Shown one piece after another: positions 27,854 to 36,808 of a stretch of DNA of 44,168 bases. Location of the stretch: the NCBI GenBank assembly GCA_029100965.1, contig JAQXQC010000088.1, positions 1 through 44,168 of the forward strand. Reading direction: 5' to 3'. The notes beneath the pieces were generated by a model. It was not told where the DNA came from and searched no databases. It worked only from the letters and a program-made list of their open reading frames with translations. The position numbers were made by a program, and so were the translations under genes. How positions within the stretch are numbered: the first letter of the stretch is position 1; every line of letters starts with the position of its first letter. Source of the stretch: Bacilli bacterium (GTDB lineage: Bacteria; Bacillota_I; Bacilli_A; RF39; UBA660).

Positions 27854-28810
27854 TTAAGAATTTAGATTTTCTATTTTATAAATTTCTTGATTATCAACAA
27901 ATAACATTACCGTTTTAACGTTATAATTTTCTTCCATAGAAAGACCTAATGTGTAGATTACTTCCTCTAAAATATGTTTATTATTATCACTAAGAATAGA
28001 CTCGTTGAAATTTAATTTTAATTGATTTTCCTCCAGAGAATAATCTTTTAATACAACATTTGCATCTAAATAACTCATTAAGTTTGTTTCATATATTGGG
28101 GAGGTGGATAATTCATCAACAATAATTTTAATCTTGTCTTCTCCTTTGTTATTGATGTATTTTGTTATAGGAACATAGTATTGATCATCATTTTGTTGAC
28201 ATACATAGTAAACTGTATATGATTCAATTGATGATGTTGTGGTTAAATCATATTTTTTATTAATTCCATATTTTTTATCTTGGGGGAAAGTGATGTTTTT
28301 TTTACTATGAGGAAGGTTTTCTAATGTTTTTCCTTCTACTTGAATTGTGACTTTGTCGATTCCCTCAATGCTCGTTAAGGAATATATAATGGCTTCTATC
28401 ATTTTTTCTTCATCTTTTTCGTTAATATTTAATAGATCTTTAGAAAGATTTATTGTTAGAATTTTGTTTTCTAAATTTAATCCTAATATTTCTGTTCCAG
28501 CAGGAATAATTGCTCGAAACCCATTTGGAATGATGTGACTTTTTTCTCCATCAATAATTAATCCCTTTGTTACATCTAATGCTGTTTCTTTTGGGTCTAA
28601 ATTTTCACTTTTAATGGTCGTTCTTGCTACATAGCCATTTGTATCTAATAGATAAATTACTTCCTTTTGATTGCTATATTCATATTCTAAACTTGTATTT
28701 TTAATTTTGTAATCTAATTTTTCGCTATTTGGCATTAAATATAAAAGAAAAAGGGCAAATAGTGCTAGTGTTGCTACCATGATTTTTCTAGTATAGATTT
28801 TCTTTAACAT
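27854..28810 (-). CDS. gerM: Sporulation/germination protein GerM (two GerMN domains)
   Basis: IYLLDTNGYVA, PNGFRAIIPAGT, EAIIYSLT, YYVPITK, second GerMN repeat. Confidence 0.85.
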   Translation of the reverse strand: MLKKIYTRKIMVATLALFALFLLYLMPNSEKLDYKIKNTSLEYEYSNQKEVIYLLDTNGYVARTTIKSENLDPKETALDVTKGLIIDGEKSHIIPNGFRAIIPAGTEILGLNLENKILTINLSKDLLNINEKDEEKMIEAIIYSLTSIEGIDKVTIQVEGKTLENLPHSKKNITFPQDKKYGINKKYDLTTTSSIESYTVYYVCQQNDDQYYVPITKYINNKGEDKIKIIVDELSTSPIYETNLMSYLDANVVLKDYSLEENQLKLNFNESILSDNNKHILEEVIYTLGLSMEENYNVKTVMLFVDNQEIYKIENLNS

Positions 28811-28847
28811 ACTATCACCTAATAATATATATGAATAATGGAAAAGA

Positions 28848-28905
28848 AAAATACTTATCTCAAAAAAGTTCCTTAAAATTAAGTCTTTTTCTGGATAAGT
28901 ATTTT
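28848..28905 (-). terminator. Long hairpin downstream of gerE, probable terminator
   Basis: AAAATACTTATC...GATAAGTATTTT with additional inner pairing. Confidence 0.5.
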
Positions 28906-28909
28906 AATT

Positions 28910-29113
28910 TTATAATTGTATACTTCCTAGTCGAATTAATTCTACAACAGCTTGAGCCCTACCTTTAACCCCTAGTTTTTGCATTGCATTGGAAATATGA
29001 TTTCTTACCGTTTTTTCACTGATGCCTAACTCTTCTCCAATTTCTTTGGTTGTTTTATTTTCTACTAATAGGGAAAATACTTCTTCTTCTCTTTTGGTCA
29101 GTATTTTCTTCAT
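28910..29113 (-). CDS. gerE: Spore coat transcription factor GerE
   Basis: LTKREEEVFSLLVENKTTKEI...ISEKTVRNHISNAMQKLGVKGRAQAVVEL, very close to recalled Bacillus GerE. Confidence 0.93.
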   Translation of the reverse strand: MKKILTKREEEVFSLLVENKTTKEIGEELGISEKTVRNHISNAMQKLGVKGRAQAVVELIRLGSIQL

Positions 29114-29152
29114 CTTAATTCCTCACTTCCCAAGGGGGGATACAATCAATAG

Positions 29153-29181
29153 TATTGTATGTGAGAAATCTTTTTTTGGTT
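29153..29181 (-). promoter_or_regulatory. sigma-K-type promoter of gerE
   Basis: AACC-N16-CATACAATA; gerE is sigK-dependent in B. subtilis. Confidence 0.65.
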
Positions 29182-29187
29182 CATTCT

Positions 29188-29688
29188 TTATGATTGAAAT
29201 TGTACTGAAATATACATTTTTTTATCAAATTCTTCTTGGACAGTACGCATAATGTTATTTGCTAATGATTTTGAATTTTCACATTTATCTACGACAACTT
29301 TGATCGAGCTGTCTTCTATCTTAGCAAAAGTTTCGCATTTATAAGTCGATTTTATCTTTTTTTCAATGGATTCTTCTGTTCCACTATTTGCTTGAATTGT
29401 TTTAATTTTTTCATAAATTGTATTCTTTTCTTCTGTAGTAGTGTCTTTATTCGTTAATTTATCTTGTAGTTCTTCCAAAGTATCATTTGTTTTTGAACTA
29501 TTTTCTACTTTTAATGCTGAAATGGCATCACTTTCTTCTACGGAAACATTAATATCTTCTTTTTTCTCTGTTTTTGTTTGTCTGCTAGTAGATGCTGCTA
29601 GTAAATCATTTGGCATAGTGACATAATAAATACTAAGTACTAATACTAAACTAAATAATGTTAAAAACCACAAATTTTTCTTATTCAT
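29188..29688 (-). CDS. spoIIIAH: SpoIIIAH-like protein
   Basis: LWFLTLFSLVLVLSIYYVTMP N-terminus, coiled region and C-terminal ring-building-motif-like domain. Confidence 0.8.
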   Translation of the reverse strand: MNKKNLWFLTLFSLVLVLSIYYVTMPNDLLAASTSRQTKTEKKEDINVSVEESDAISALKVENSSKTNDTLEELQDKLTNKDTTTEEKNTIYEKIKTIQANSGTEESIEKKIKSTYKCETFAKIEDSSIKVVVDKCENSKSLANNIMRTVQEEFDKKMYISVQFQS

Positions 29689-29725
29689 ATATATTTCCCC
29701 TTTTCTAGTAAAATATATGTTTTTC

Positions 29726-30229
29726 TTATGAATAAATACCTAATAATTTTTCTTGGCCCTCTTTACCTAATGGTTCAACTTTCCATTGATTATTTTTATC
29801 CTGTTCTACTTTAAACTTAATGGTGTAAGTTACTTTCTTTTTTACTTTTTTTAAGTTTTCTAGTAATTTTTTAGAATAGTCTAAATCTTTTTCTTCTTCT
29901 AATTTTCTTATTTCCCTACCATAGTCTAAAACTGTAATTTCTGCGGTTACTTTTGCTTTATTCCCATCGATTTCTTCTTCTTTTATAGAGTAACTTAAAT
30001 TTCTATATTGTTTTTTGATTAATTTTTGGTATTCTTCTTTATTATTTTCTGTTAAAGCTTCTTCATCAATGAGAAGAACTTCATTAATATCAATACTTTT
30101 ATCTAATCGTTGATATTTAGATAAATATTCTTCTACTTGAGAAGTTGGCGTATTCGCTAAATCACAACCTGCTAAAAAGCCCATACAAATTATTATTGTT
30201 GGAAGTAAAATTATTTTCTTTATTTTCAT
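29726..30229 (-). CDS. Hypothetical lipoprotein (NTF2-like fold possible)
   Basis: Lipobox LAGC; TPTSQVEEYL; EEIDGNKAKVTAEI; WKV. Confidence 0.75.
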   Translation of the reverse strand: MKIKKIILLPTIIICMGFLAGCDLANTPTSQVEEYLSKYQRLDKSIDINEVLLIDEEALTENNKEEYQKLIKKQYRNLSYSIKEEEIDGNKAKVTAEITVLDYGREIRKLEEEKDLDYSKKLLENLKKVKKKVTYTIKFKVEQDKNNQWKVEPLGKEGQEKLLGIYS

Positions 30230-30245
30230 TATTATTCACCATTTT

Positions 30246-30274
30246 TAGTATGAGAAAAAAATTTGGTAATATGT
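30246..30274 (-). promoter_or_regulatory. sigma-G-like promoter of the lipoprotein gene
   Basis: ACATA-N17-CATACTA. Confidence 0.45.
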
Positions 30275-30286
30275 AAAAAAAGAACC

Positions 30287-30859
30287 CTATTTTTTAGATT
30301 CTTCTTTTGTTGTATCTTGATTTTGTTTTGATAAATAATCCTTATCTATAGAATGATCAATTTCTTTTGCAACAGTATCATTATATTCAGTATCTTCAAT
30401 GATATCCCATGGTTCTTCTTCCTCTTCTACAGCAACTTTTACTTTGGTATCTCCCACGATTTCTATTCCTAATTCTTTTTCAATTTCTACTTTAATACTT
30501 TTTCCGTTTTCTTTTGCATTGGTACAATTTGGTTGTTTTAAACTTCGAACAACAATATCTTTTACTGTTGAATCAGTGCTTTCTCTTTGTCGGACCATTA
30601 CTGATTCACTATAAGGTATTTTTTGGGTAATTACTGTTGTTTTTGTATCATTATCGTAAGAATACCAAATATTGACATCAAAACTACCATCTACTACAAT
30701 TTTTCCTCCTACTTCCGAACCTTTAAACTTATGATTGATTACCCAACATCCTAATACGGTTGTTGGAATATTTTCGGTTTCTATTGTATAAGAATTTTTA
30801 TAATATTTTTTCCCTTTACCAATAATCGCTTTTGTTACAATTTCTTTAAAAGCTGACAA
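30287..30859 (-). CDS. cotE: Outer spore coat morphogenetic protein CotE
   Basis: EIVTKAIIGKGKK, PTTVLGCWVINH, DVNIWYSYDNDTKT, QPNC; TTG start at 30859 with RBS GAGGGGTGA. Confidence 0.93.
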   Translation of the reverse strand: MSAFKEIVTKAIIGKGKKYYKNSYTIETENIPTTVLGCWVINHKFKGSEVGGKIVVDGSFDVNIWYSYDNDTKTTVITQKIPYSESVMVRQRESTDSTVKDIVVRSLKQPNCTNAKENGKSIKVEIEKELGIEIVGDTKVKVAVEEEEEPWDIIEDTEYNDTVAKEIDHSIDKDYLSKQNQDTTKEESKK

Positions 30860-31255
30860 AATTATCACCCCTCTAATGTAATTTATGTCAAAACTTTAAA
30901 TAAAGAACATTTTATTAGTGTTCTAGGAAAATATTCAATTAAAAAGTCTTTTGTGATGATATTTGTTTTATTAGAAAAATACTGATTTAGATTCTAACTT
31001 AATGTTTAAATCAAAGAATGGGTAATCTTTTTAAAAGTTTAAATTTTTTACCTATTGAGAAAAAAGAACTTATTACAATTCTTGAGAATATGATTTTATG
31101 GTATTCTTAGAGTTAATTTATAATTGTTTACATTGTCAAATTAATCTTTAATTTAATATTATTCCTCGCTTTAACAAAAATATATTAGAATAAATATTGC
31201 ACTGTGTAGAGGAGAGGTGACTTTACTAAACTAAATCTAAGATTAGTGAGATATT

Positions 31256-31930
31256 ATGAAAAAAGAAATCATACAAAAGAAGGAAAAATTAGAAAAATTA
31301 ATTTTAAATAATTATACTGAAATTAATATTATTATTTATTTTTTACTTGTGAATCATAAATTAGATGATATTATAGATAAATTAGATGAAAAAAAAGTAA
31401 TTTTAGAACAGTCTAGTGTAGTGAAAAAGGGCTATTTAACTAGTGAGGAGCAATTATTAGATACATTAAAATATGTTATTGATTGTTTTGATAATGAATT
31501 TTGGTTTATTAAAACTAACCGAAATATTATTATTGATTGTTTAATTCATTCCTCTAAAGCTCAAGAACTTATTTATTCCAAAAAATATGTTGGCGATAAT
31601 CAGCATCTTGATTATTTTTTTGGGCTATTTCAAGAGATTATGATTGATAATTTTAAAAAAATTTTACTTTATTCAACAATTGATTTACAAGAAATATTTG
31701 AGAAAAATAAAATAAAAGATTTGGATGATAAAAAAAATATATATCGACTACTTAAATTAATTTGTTTATGTAATTGTACTTCTTATAATTTAATTTATTT
31801 ATTTGATAATCATCTTAATACTTCAGGAAAGAATTTTTGCCTTATGCAATTAGAAATTTTATTTGATAGAACATATAAGTTACAAGATGATGCGTTTAAT
31901 TTTATTCATAAAGGACACTTTTTAGCATAA
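31256..31930 (+). CDS. Hypothetical protein
   Basis: 224-aa open frame in AT-rich DNA; no recognisable motif. Confidence 0.6.
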   Translation: MKKEIIQKKEKLEKLILNNYTEINIIIYFLLVNHKLDDIIDKLDEKKVILEQSSVVKKGYLTSEEQLLDTLKYVIDCFDNEFWFIKTNRNIIIDCLIHSSKAQELIYSKKYVGDNQHLDYFFGLFQEIMIDNFKKILLYSTIDLQEIFEKNKIKDLDDKKNIYRLLKLICLCNCTSYNLIYLFDNHLNTSGKNFCLMQLEILFDRTYKLQDDAFNFIHKGHFLA

Positions 31931-31939
31931 AAGAAGAAC

Positions 31940-32563
31940 CTAATTATTGCTACTTGGTTCTTCTTTTAATTTCTCTAATAAAAGATTTAAATCCCCTTCT
32001 TGATATTCTGTTTTTTCTATTATTGTTCCTGTTTTATAGGATAATATTCCATATTGATTATCTTTTTTTACGATAATATTTTGAAAGTTATATCCTTGAA
32101 GAAGATTATTATTTAATATTCCTATTTGGTTATAAGTCACAGGAACGATGTTTTTTCCTGTGCTATCTATAATCCCTTGTTTTGCGTTTAATGTTACAAC
32201 AAAATGATCTTGGTCAATAACTATATAATCTTCATAAGAATTACTAATCATTTTTCCTGTTCTATAATTAAATAATAATGTTTTATTACTGTTGTTATAT
32301 TCTAATATTACATAGTTGCTGTCTATACTTTTTTTATAAAATGGGCATTCTTTTTCTCCACAATCATACTTAGAGTAAATTAAGTTTTTCTTTTCTTGTG
32401 CTTCCGATACACAGAGATTTCCTTCGCATTCATAAAAATATAATTCATTTTTGGTTAAATATTGATAATTAATTTTATAATCCATTACCATGAATAATAT
32501 TTCTATTAATAATAAGAATAAAGATGTAACCCATAATATTCTTCCAAAGTTATGCTTTTTCAT
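31940..32563 (-). CDS. Membrane-anchored protein with WG-like repeats
   Basis: N-terminal TM helix; KQGIIDSTGKNIVPVTY and KKDNQYGILSYKTG repeats; ATG 32563 directly follows the upstream stop. Confidence 0.65.
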   Translation of the reverse strand: MKKHNFGRILWVTSLFLLLIEILFMVMDYKINYQYLTKNELYFYECEGNLCVSEAQEKKNLIYSKYDCGEKECPFYKKSIDSNYVILEYNNSNKTLLFNYRTGKMISNSYEDYIVIDQDHFVVTLNAKQGIIDSTGKNIVPVTYNQIGILNNNLLQGYNFQNIIVKKDNQYGILSYKTGTIIEKTEYQEGDLNLLLEKLKEEPSSNN

Positions 32564-32564
32564 C

Positions 32565-33410
32565 TTATTCCCCACTTTCAAAACTTTCAATTTTCGTTAA
32601 TTTAAAATCATAGTTATTTTTGTATTCATTCCAATCATTGGGGATAAATTCTATTTGAGCTTTTGCTAATGAATCGCCTTTTGATAGATAAGTAAATGCA
32701 GGTGCCGTTCCATCGTCACTTGTAATAGTTAGATTTTTAAATATATAAGTCTTTCCTTTTTGGTTTACATCTAATCTTATATTATAGTATCCTCCAGATG
32801 TAGTATTTAGAATTTTTTGATATTGATTTGTGTTACAACTTGTCGAATTCATGCATATCCAATCCTCTTTTGTTGCTCCTCTTGATGATGGATATATATA
32901 TACTTCTACGGTATCGCTTGTATTATCTCCTTCAGTTGATGCCCAAATTCCAGTTGTTTCGCAAGAAAAATGGTAGGTTTTTCCTTCTTGTAAATATACT
33001 TGAATTCCTTCTAGTTCTCCATAACCGTCATTATTTATTGTACTTAATGCTGTAACGGTTATATTTTTATTTTCATCAATACTGTATTGCATTTTACCGC
33101 TACTTGATGTAATTAATCCATTAGTTTTATTCAATCCTTCTATTGGTATATTATTAGTATTAATTTCAAAAAGATATTTTCCTGTTGTTAGAGCTTTTCC
33201 TTCTGTAAGTGCTTTTTCAATACCAATATTACTATCGTTAGTTACATCTTTTGATTTAAAACTTTCTTCTAGTTTTACAGTTGATCTTTCCAACATTTGT
33301 TTTTTCGATTGTAATCCATTTAAAATAGAAAACATTAATAGAATAAATAAAATAAATAATGTATATAAAATTCCTGTGATAGCAAATCCTTTGTTGTCTA
33401 GTTTTCTCAT
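32565..33410 (-). CDS. Minor pilin-like protein (no Glu+5) with beta-sandwich C-terminal domain
   Basis: MRKLDNKG|FAITGILY followed by a hydrophobic helix; start moved to ATG 33410, which has RBS GAAGGTGG. Confidence 0.65.
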   Translation of the reverse strand: MRKLDNKGFAITGILYTLFILFILLMFSILNGLQSKKQMLERSTVKLEESFKSKDVTNDSNIGIEKALTEGKALTTGKYLFEINTNNIPIEGLNKTNGLITSSSGKMQYSIDENKNITVTALSTINNDGYGELEGIQVYLQEGKTYHFSCETTGIWASTEGDNTSDTVEVYIYPSSRGATKEDWICMNSTSCNTNQYQKILNTTSGGYYNIRLDVNQKGKTYIFKNLTITSDDGTAPAFTYLSKGDSLAKAQIEFIPNDWNEYKNNYDFKLTKIESFESGE

Positions 33411-33521
33411 GATACCACCTTCTATTCTACTAACATTATAAACGATATTTTCTAAAATAGCAACCAACTTACCCACTAAAATTTTATGTTAAAACAAAAG
33501 TACTAATTCAGTATTTTTGCC

Positions 33522-33551
33522 AAAAAAAAAGATGCTTTTCAATAAACATCT
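33522..33551 (-). terminator. Terminator of the ribosomal protein superoperon
   Basis: Minus strand AGATGTTT-loop-AAGCATCT followed by a long T run just after rplQ. Confidence 0.7.
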
Positions 33552-33560
33552 CCTTCTTTA

Positions 33561-33902
33561 TTAAACTAACTTTAAGATAACCATTAAAGCGTTATCTCCA
33601 CGTCTTTCTTCAGTTTTAATAATTTTTGTATATCCACCTTGTCTATCTTCATATCTTTTTGCAAGGTCATTAAACACTTTATTTACGCATTCTTCGTCAT
33701 TATGTAAAAATGCTAATGCAAGTCTACGTGTTACTAAAGTATTTTTCTTTCCGTAAGTAACCATCTTATCGAAACATTTTCTCACTTCTTTTGCTCTAGT
33801 TTCAGTAGTTGTAATGCTTTCGTTTAAGATTAGTTGTTTTGTTAGGCTTGCTAACATGCTTCTTCTATGTTTGTTATCTCTACCTAATTTTCTATAAGCC
33901 AT
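33561..33902 (-). CDS. rplQ: 50S ribosomal protein L17
   Basis: YRKLGR, ITTTETRAKEVR, GGYTKI, RRGDNA. Confidence 0.97.
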   Translation of the reverse strand: MAYRKLGRDNKHRRSMLASLTKQLILNESITTTETRAKEVRKCFDKMVTYGKKNTLVTRRLALAFLHNDEECVNKVFNDLAKRYEDRQGGYTKIIKTEERRGDNALMVILKLV

Positions 33903-33918
33903 AATATCCTCCTTCTAA

Positions 33919-34875
33919 TTAATCATCATCTCTAAAGTTAAGACCCATGCTTTTTACTTTATCGATAACTTCTTTTAATGATTTCTTTCCTAAGTTACGG
34001 ATTTTCATCATTTCATTTTCACTCTTATCAACAAGATCATGCAACGTTAAAATACCAGCACGTTTTAAGCAGTTATATGCTCTAACACTTAAATCTAAGT
34101 CATCAATAGAAGTCTCTAATGCCTTTTGATTTGGATCTTCTGCCTTAGAACTCATTAATCCTGTTTCATCAGCAATTTCATTTAAATCTGCTAAAATATT
34201 AAAGTGCTCAATTAAAATTCTACTTGCTAGGGCAACAGATTCTTCTGGAGTAATGGAACCATTTGTCCATACTTCTAATATTAATTTGTCATAGTTATTA
34301 TCTTGTCCAACACGAGCGTTTTCTACTTCATAATTGATTCTTTCGATAGGAGAAAATAGACTGTCAATAAATATTGTGTTTTGTTTTGCTCCTTCGCCAT
34401 ATAAAGTTTTGTTTTCTTCTGCTCTATTGTATCCTCTTCCATGACCAATTGTCATTTCCATATCGATACTAGCACCTTCTGCTAAGGTACAAATTAATTG
34501 ATCTGGATTCAAGATTTCGATATCTGTATCAGCTTCAATATCTCTAGCATATACTTCTCCTTCAGTATTTTTATGAATTCTTAAAATATAGTCATAATTA
34601 TCAGAATGATTTTTAATCACAACGCTTTTTAAATTTAAAACGATTGCCGTTACATCTTCAATTACACCATCTATTTTTTGAAATTCATGGGCAACACCTT
34701 CGATTTTTACGCTAGTGATTGCATCTCCTGGTAAACTTGATAGCATTACTCTTCTAAGGGCATTTCCTAGAGTTGTACCAAATCCTCTTTCTAAGGGTTC
34801 GATTTCAAATTTACCATAATTGTCGCTTTCAACATATTCTTTTACTTTATAATCAGGTTTTTCAAATTTTAACAT
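33919..34875 (-). CDS. rpoA: RNA polymerase alpha subunit
   Basis: EPLERGFGTTLGNALRR, LDLSVRAYNCLKRAGI, RNLGKKSL. Confidence 0.98.
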   Translation of the reverse strand: MLKFEKPDYKVKEYVESDNYGKFEIEPLERGFGTTLGNALRRVMLSSLPGDAITSVKIEGVAHEFQKIDGVIEDVTAIVLNLKSVVIKNHSDNYDYILRIHKNTEGEVYARDIEADTDIEILNPDQLICTLAEGASIDMEMTIGHGRGYNRAEENKTLYGEGAKQNTIFIDSLFSPIERINYEVENARVGQDNNYDKLILEVWTNGSITPEESVALASRILIEHFNILADLNEIADETGLMSSKAEDPNQKALETSIDDLDLSVRAYNCLKRAGILTLHDLVDKSENEMMKIRNLGKKSLKEVIDKVKSMGLNFRDDD

Positions 34876-34904
34876 TTAAAACACTCTCCTTTACTTATTT
34901 TATC

Positions 34905-35297
34905 TTATCCACGACGTTTTTTTGGTGGACGACAACCATTATGTGGAATTGGTGTTTCATCAGTAATTTTCGTTACTTTTAAACCTGTAGCTTGTAATGA
35001 ACGAATTGCCATTTCACGACCAGCACCTAATCCTTTTACTACAACTTCAACTTCTTTCATTCCCATTTCTACTGCTTTAGCTCCTGCAATTTCTGCACTT
35101 TTACCAGCAGCATATGGAGTAGATTTTTTACTTCCTTTAATTCCTTGTGTACCACTTGATGCCCAACATAAAGCATTTCCTTCTTTATCTGTAACTGTTA
35201 CTACAGTATTATTAAATGTTGATTGAATATGTACAACACCTGATGGAACATTCTTCTTTACTTTACGTTTTCTTGCATTATATTTTCCATTTGCCAT
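34905..35297 (-). CDS. rpsK: 30S ribosomal protein S11
   Basis: [29 protein letters not shown]. Confidence 0.98.
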   Translation of the reverse strand: MANGKYNARKRKVKKNVPSGVVHIQSTFNNTVVTVTDKEGNALCWASSGTQGIKGSKKSTPYAAGKSAEIAGAKAVEMGMKEVEVVVKGLGAGREMAIRSLQATGLKVTKITDETPIPHNGCRPPKKRRG

Positions 35298-35315
35298 AAA
35301 AGATTCCCTCCTTCA

Positions 35316-35681
35316 TTATTTCTTCTTATTAGCAACTACTTTACCTTTACCTTTACGAGTTCTTGCATTTCTTGATGTTCTTTGTCCTCTTACTGGTAGG
35401 CCTTTGATGTGTCTTTTTCCACGATAGCATCCAATTTCTTTTAAGTTTTTAATACTTAAAGCAACTTCTCTTCTTAAGTCACCTTCTACTGGATATTTAT
35501 CGATTTCTTTTCTAATTGCTGCTAATTCTTCATCTGTTAAGTCTTTTGCTTTTTTATTTAAATCAACATTAGCATCACTTAAAATTGTTTTTGCTAATTG
35601 TCTTCCAATCCCATAGATATAAGTTAATGATACTTCAATTCTTTTTTCATTAGGGATATCAACGCCTTTAATACGTGCCAT
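35316..35681 (-). CDS. rpsM: 30S ribosomal protein S13
   Basis: [27 protein letters not shown]. Confidence 0.98.
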   Translation of the reverse strand: MARIKGVDIPNEKRIEVSLTYIYGIGRQLAKTILSDANVDLNKKAKDLTDEELAAIRKEIDKYPVEGDLRREVALSIKNLKEIGCYRGKRHIKGLPVRGQRTSRNARTRKGKGKVVANKKK

Positions 35682-35697
35682 TTAAAATTACCTCCTA

Positions 35698-35811
35698 TTA
35701 TCCTTGCTTTTGCTTATGTTTTGGATTTTCACAAATAACCATAAGCTTTCCATTTCTTTTAATAATTTTGCATTTATCACAAATAGGTTTTACTGACGCT
35801 CTTACTTTCAT
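35698..35811 (-). CDS. rpmJ: 50S ribosomal protein L36 (Zn-binding type)
   Basis: Not in the track; hand translation [37 protein letters not shown]. Confidence 0.97.
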   Translation of the reverse strand: MKVRASVKPICDKCKIIKRNGKLMVICENPKHKQKQG

Positions 35812-35822
35812 AATTCTTCCTC

Positions 35823-36041
35823 CTATTTTTTATTATAGATTATACGCCCATGTGTTAAGTCGTAAGGTGACAATTCTATAACAACGGTATCACCTGGTAA
35901 GATACGTATATTGTTTACGCGCATTTTACCAGAAACATGGGCTACTACCTCGTGTCCTCCATCAAGTACAACCTTGAATTTACCACCGGGTATTAAATCT
36001 ACTACCTTTCCTTGAGTTTCGATAACATCACTTTTACTCAA
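35823..36041 (-). CDS. infA: Translation initiation factor IF-1
   Basis: [27 protein letters not shown]; TTG 36041 fits the spacing from RBS AGGAG. Confidence 0.96.
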   Translation of the reverse strand: MSKSDVIETQGKVVDLIPGGKFKVVLDGGHEVVAHVSGKMRVNNIRILPGDTVVIELSPYDLTHGRIIYNKK

Positions 36042-36095
36042 AATAATCATCTCCTGTTAATTATTTATCACCTATATTTAAGTAATATTTATTTA

Positions 36096-36132
36096 TTTTA
36101 AGTAAAGTACTGAAGAAGTATTTTACTTAAAA
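36096..36132 (-). terminator. Hairpin between adk and infA
   Basis: TTTTAAGTAAAGTACT-N5-AGTATTTTACTTAAAA. Confidence 0.5.
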
Positions 36133-36145
36133 CTTTTATCTTTGT

Positions 36146-36808
36146 TTAATTATTTTCTAATATCTTTTTTATTTTATTAAAAATATCTTCAGCAGAATCT
36201 AATTCTCCTACTATAATATCTTTCAAAATTCCCTTTTCTCTGTAGTAATCAATAATTGGTGTAGCTTCTTTTACGTAAGTAACAAACCTTGCATTAAAAG
36301 TCTCTTCACTGTCATCACTACGAGTTGCTAGAGTATGTCCACATTTATCACAAAAACCATCAATTTTTGGTGATAAAGCAGGAACGCTTTTATTATAACT
36401 TGCTCCACAACTAGAACAAATTAATCGATCTAATGAACGCTTTAAGGCTAAATTTTGGTCAATATCCATATGAATAACTATCCCTTCGTCTAATCCTTGC
36501 TCTTTCATTAAATTTTCATAAACTTTTGCTTGTTCTAAAGTTCTAGGAAAGCCATCTAGGATATAACCATTATTACAATCTACTTGTTGGATGCGATTTC
36601 TTAATAAGTTGACGATGACATCATCTGAAATTAATCCACCTTGATCCATAATGCTTTTTAAGTATTCTCCCATACTACTTCCACTGGAAACTTCATCACG
36701 AAGTAAATCTCCAGTTGAGATATGAGGAATATTATATAAAGCACTAATCATTTTTGATTGTGTTCCCTTCCCTGCTGCAGGAGGGGCAATTAATATAATA
36801 TTCTTCAT
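36146..36808 (-). CDS. adk: Adenylate kinase
   Basis: APPAAGKGTQ, HISTGDLLR, LDGFPRT, Zn lid CSSC...CDKC. Confidence 0.97.
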   Translation of the reverse strand: MKNIILIAPPAAGKGTQSKMISALYNIPHISTGDLLRDEVSSGSSMGEYLKSIMDQGGLISDDVIVNLLRNRIQQVDCNNGYILDGFPRTLEQAKVYENLMKEQGLDEGIVIHMDIDQNLALKRSLDRLICSSCGASYNKSVPALSPKIDGFCDKCGHTLATRSDDSEETFNARFVTYVKEATPIIDYYREKGILKDIIVGELDSAEDIFNKIKKILENN

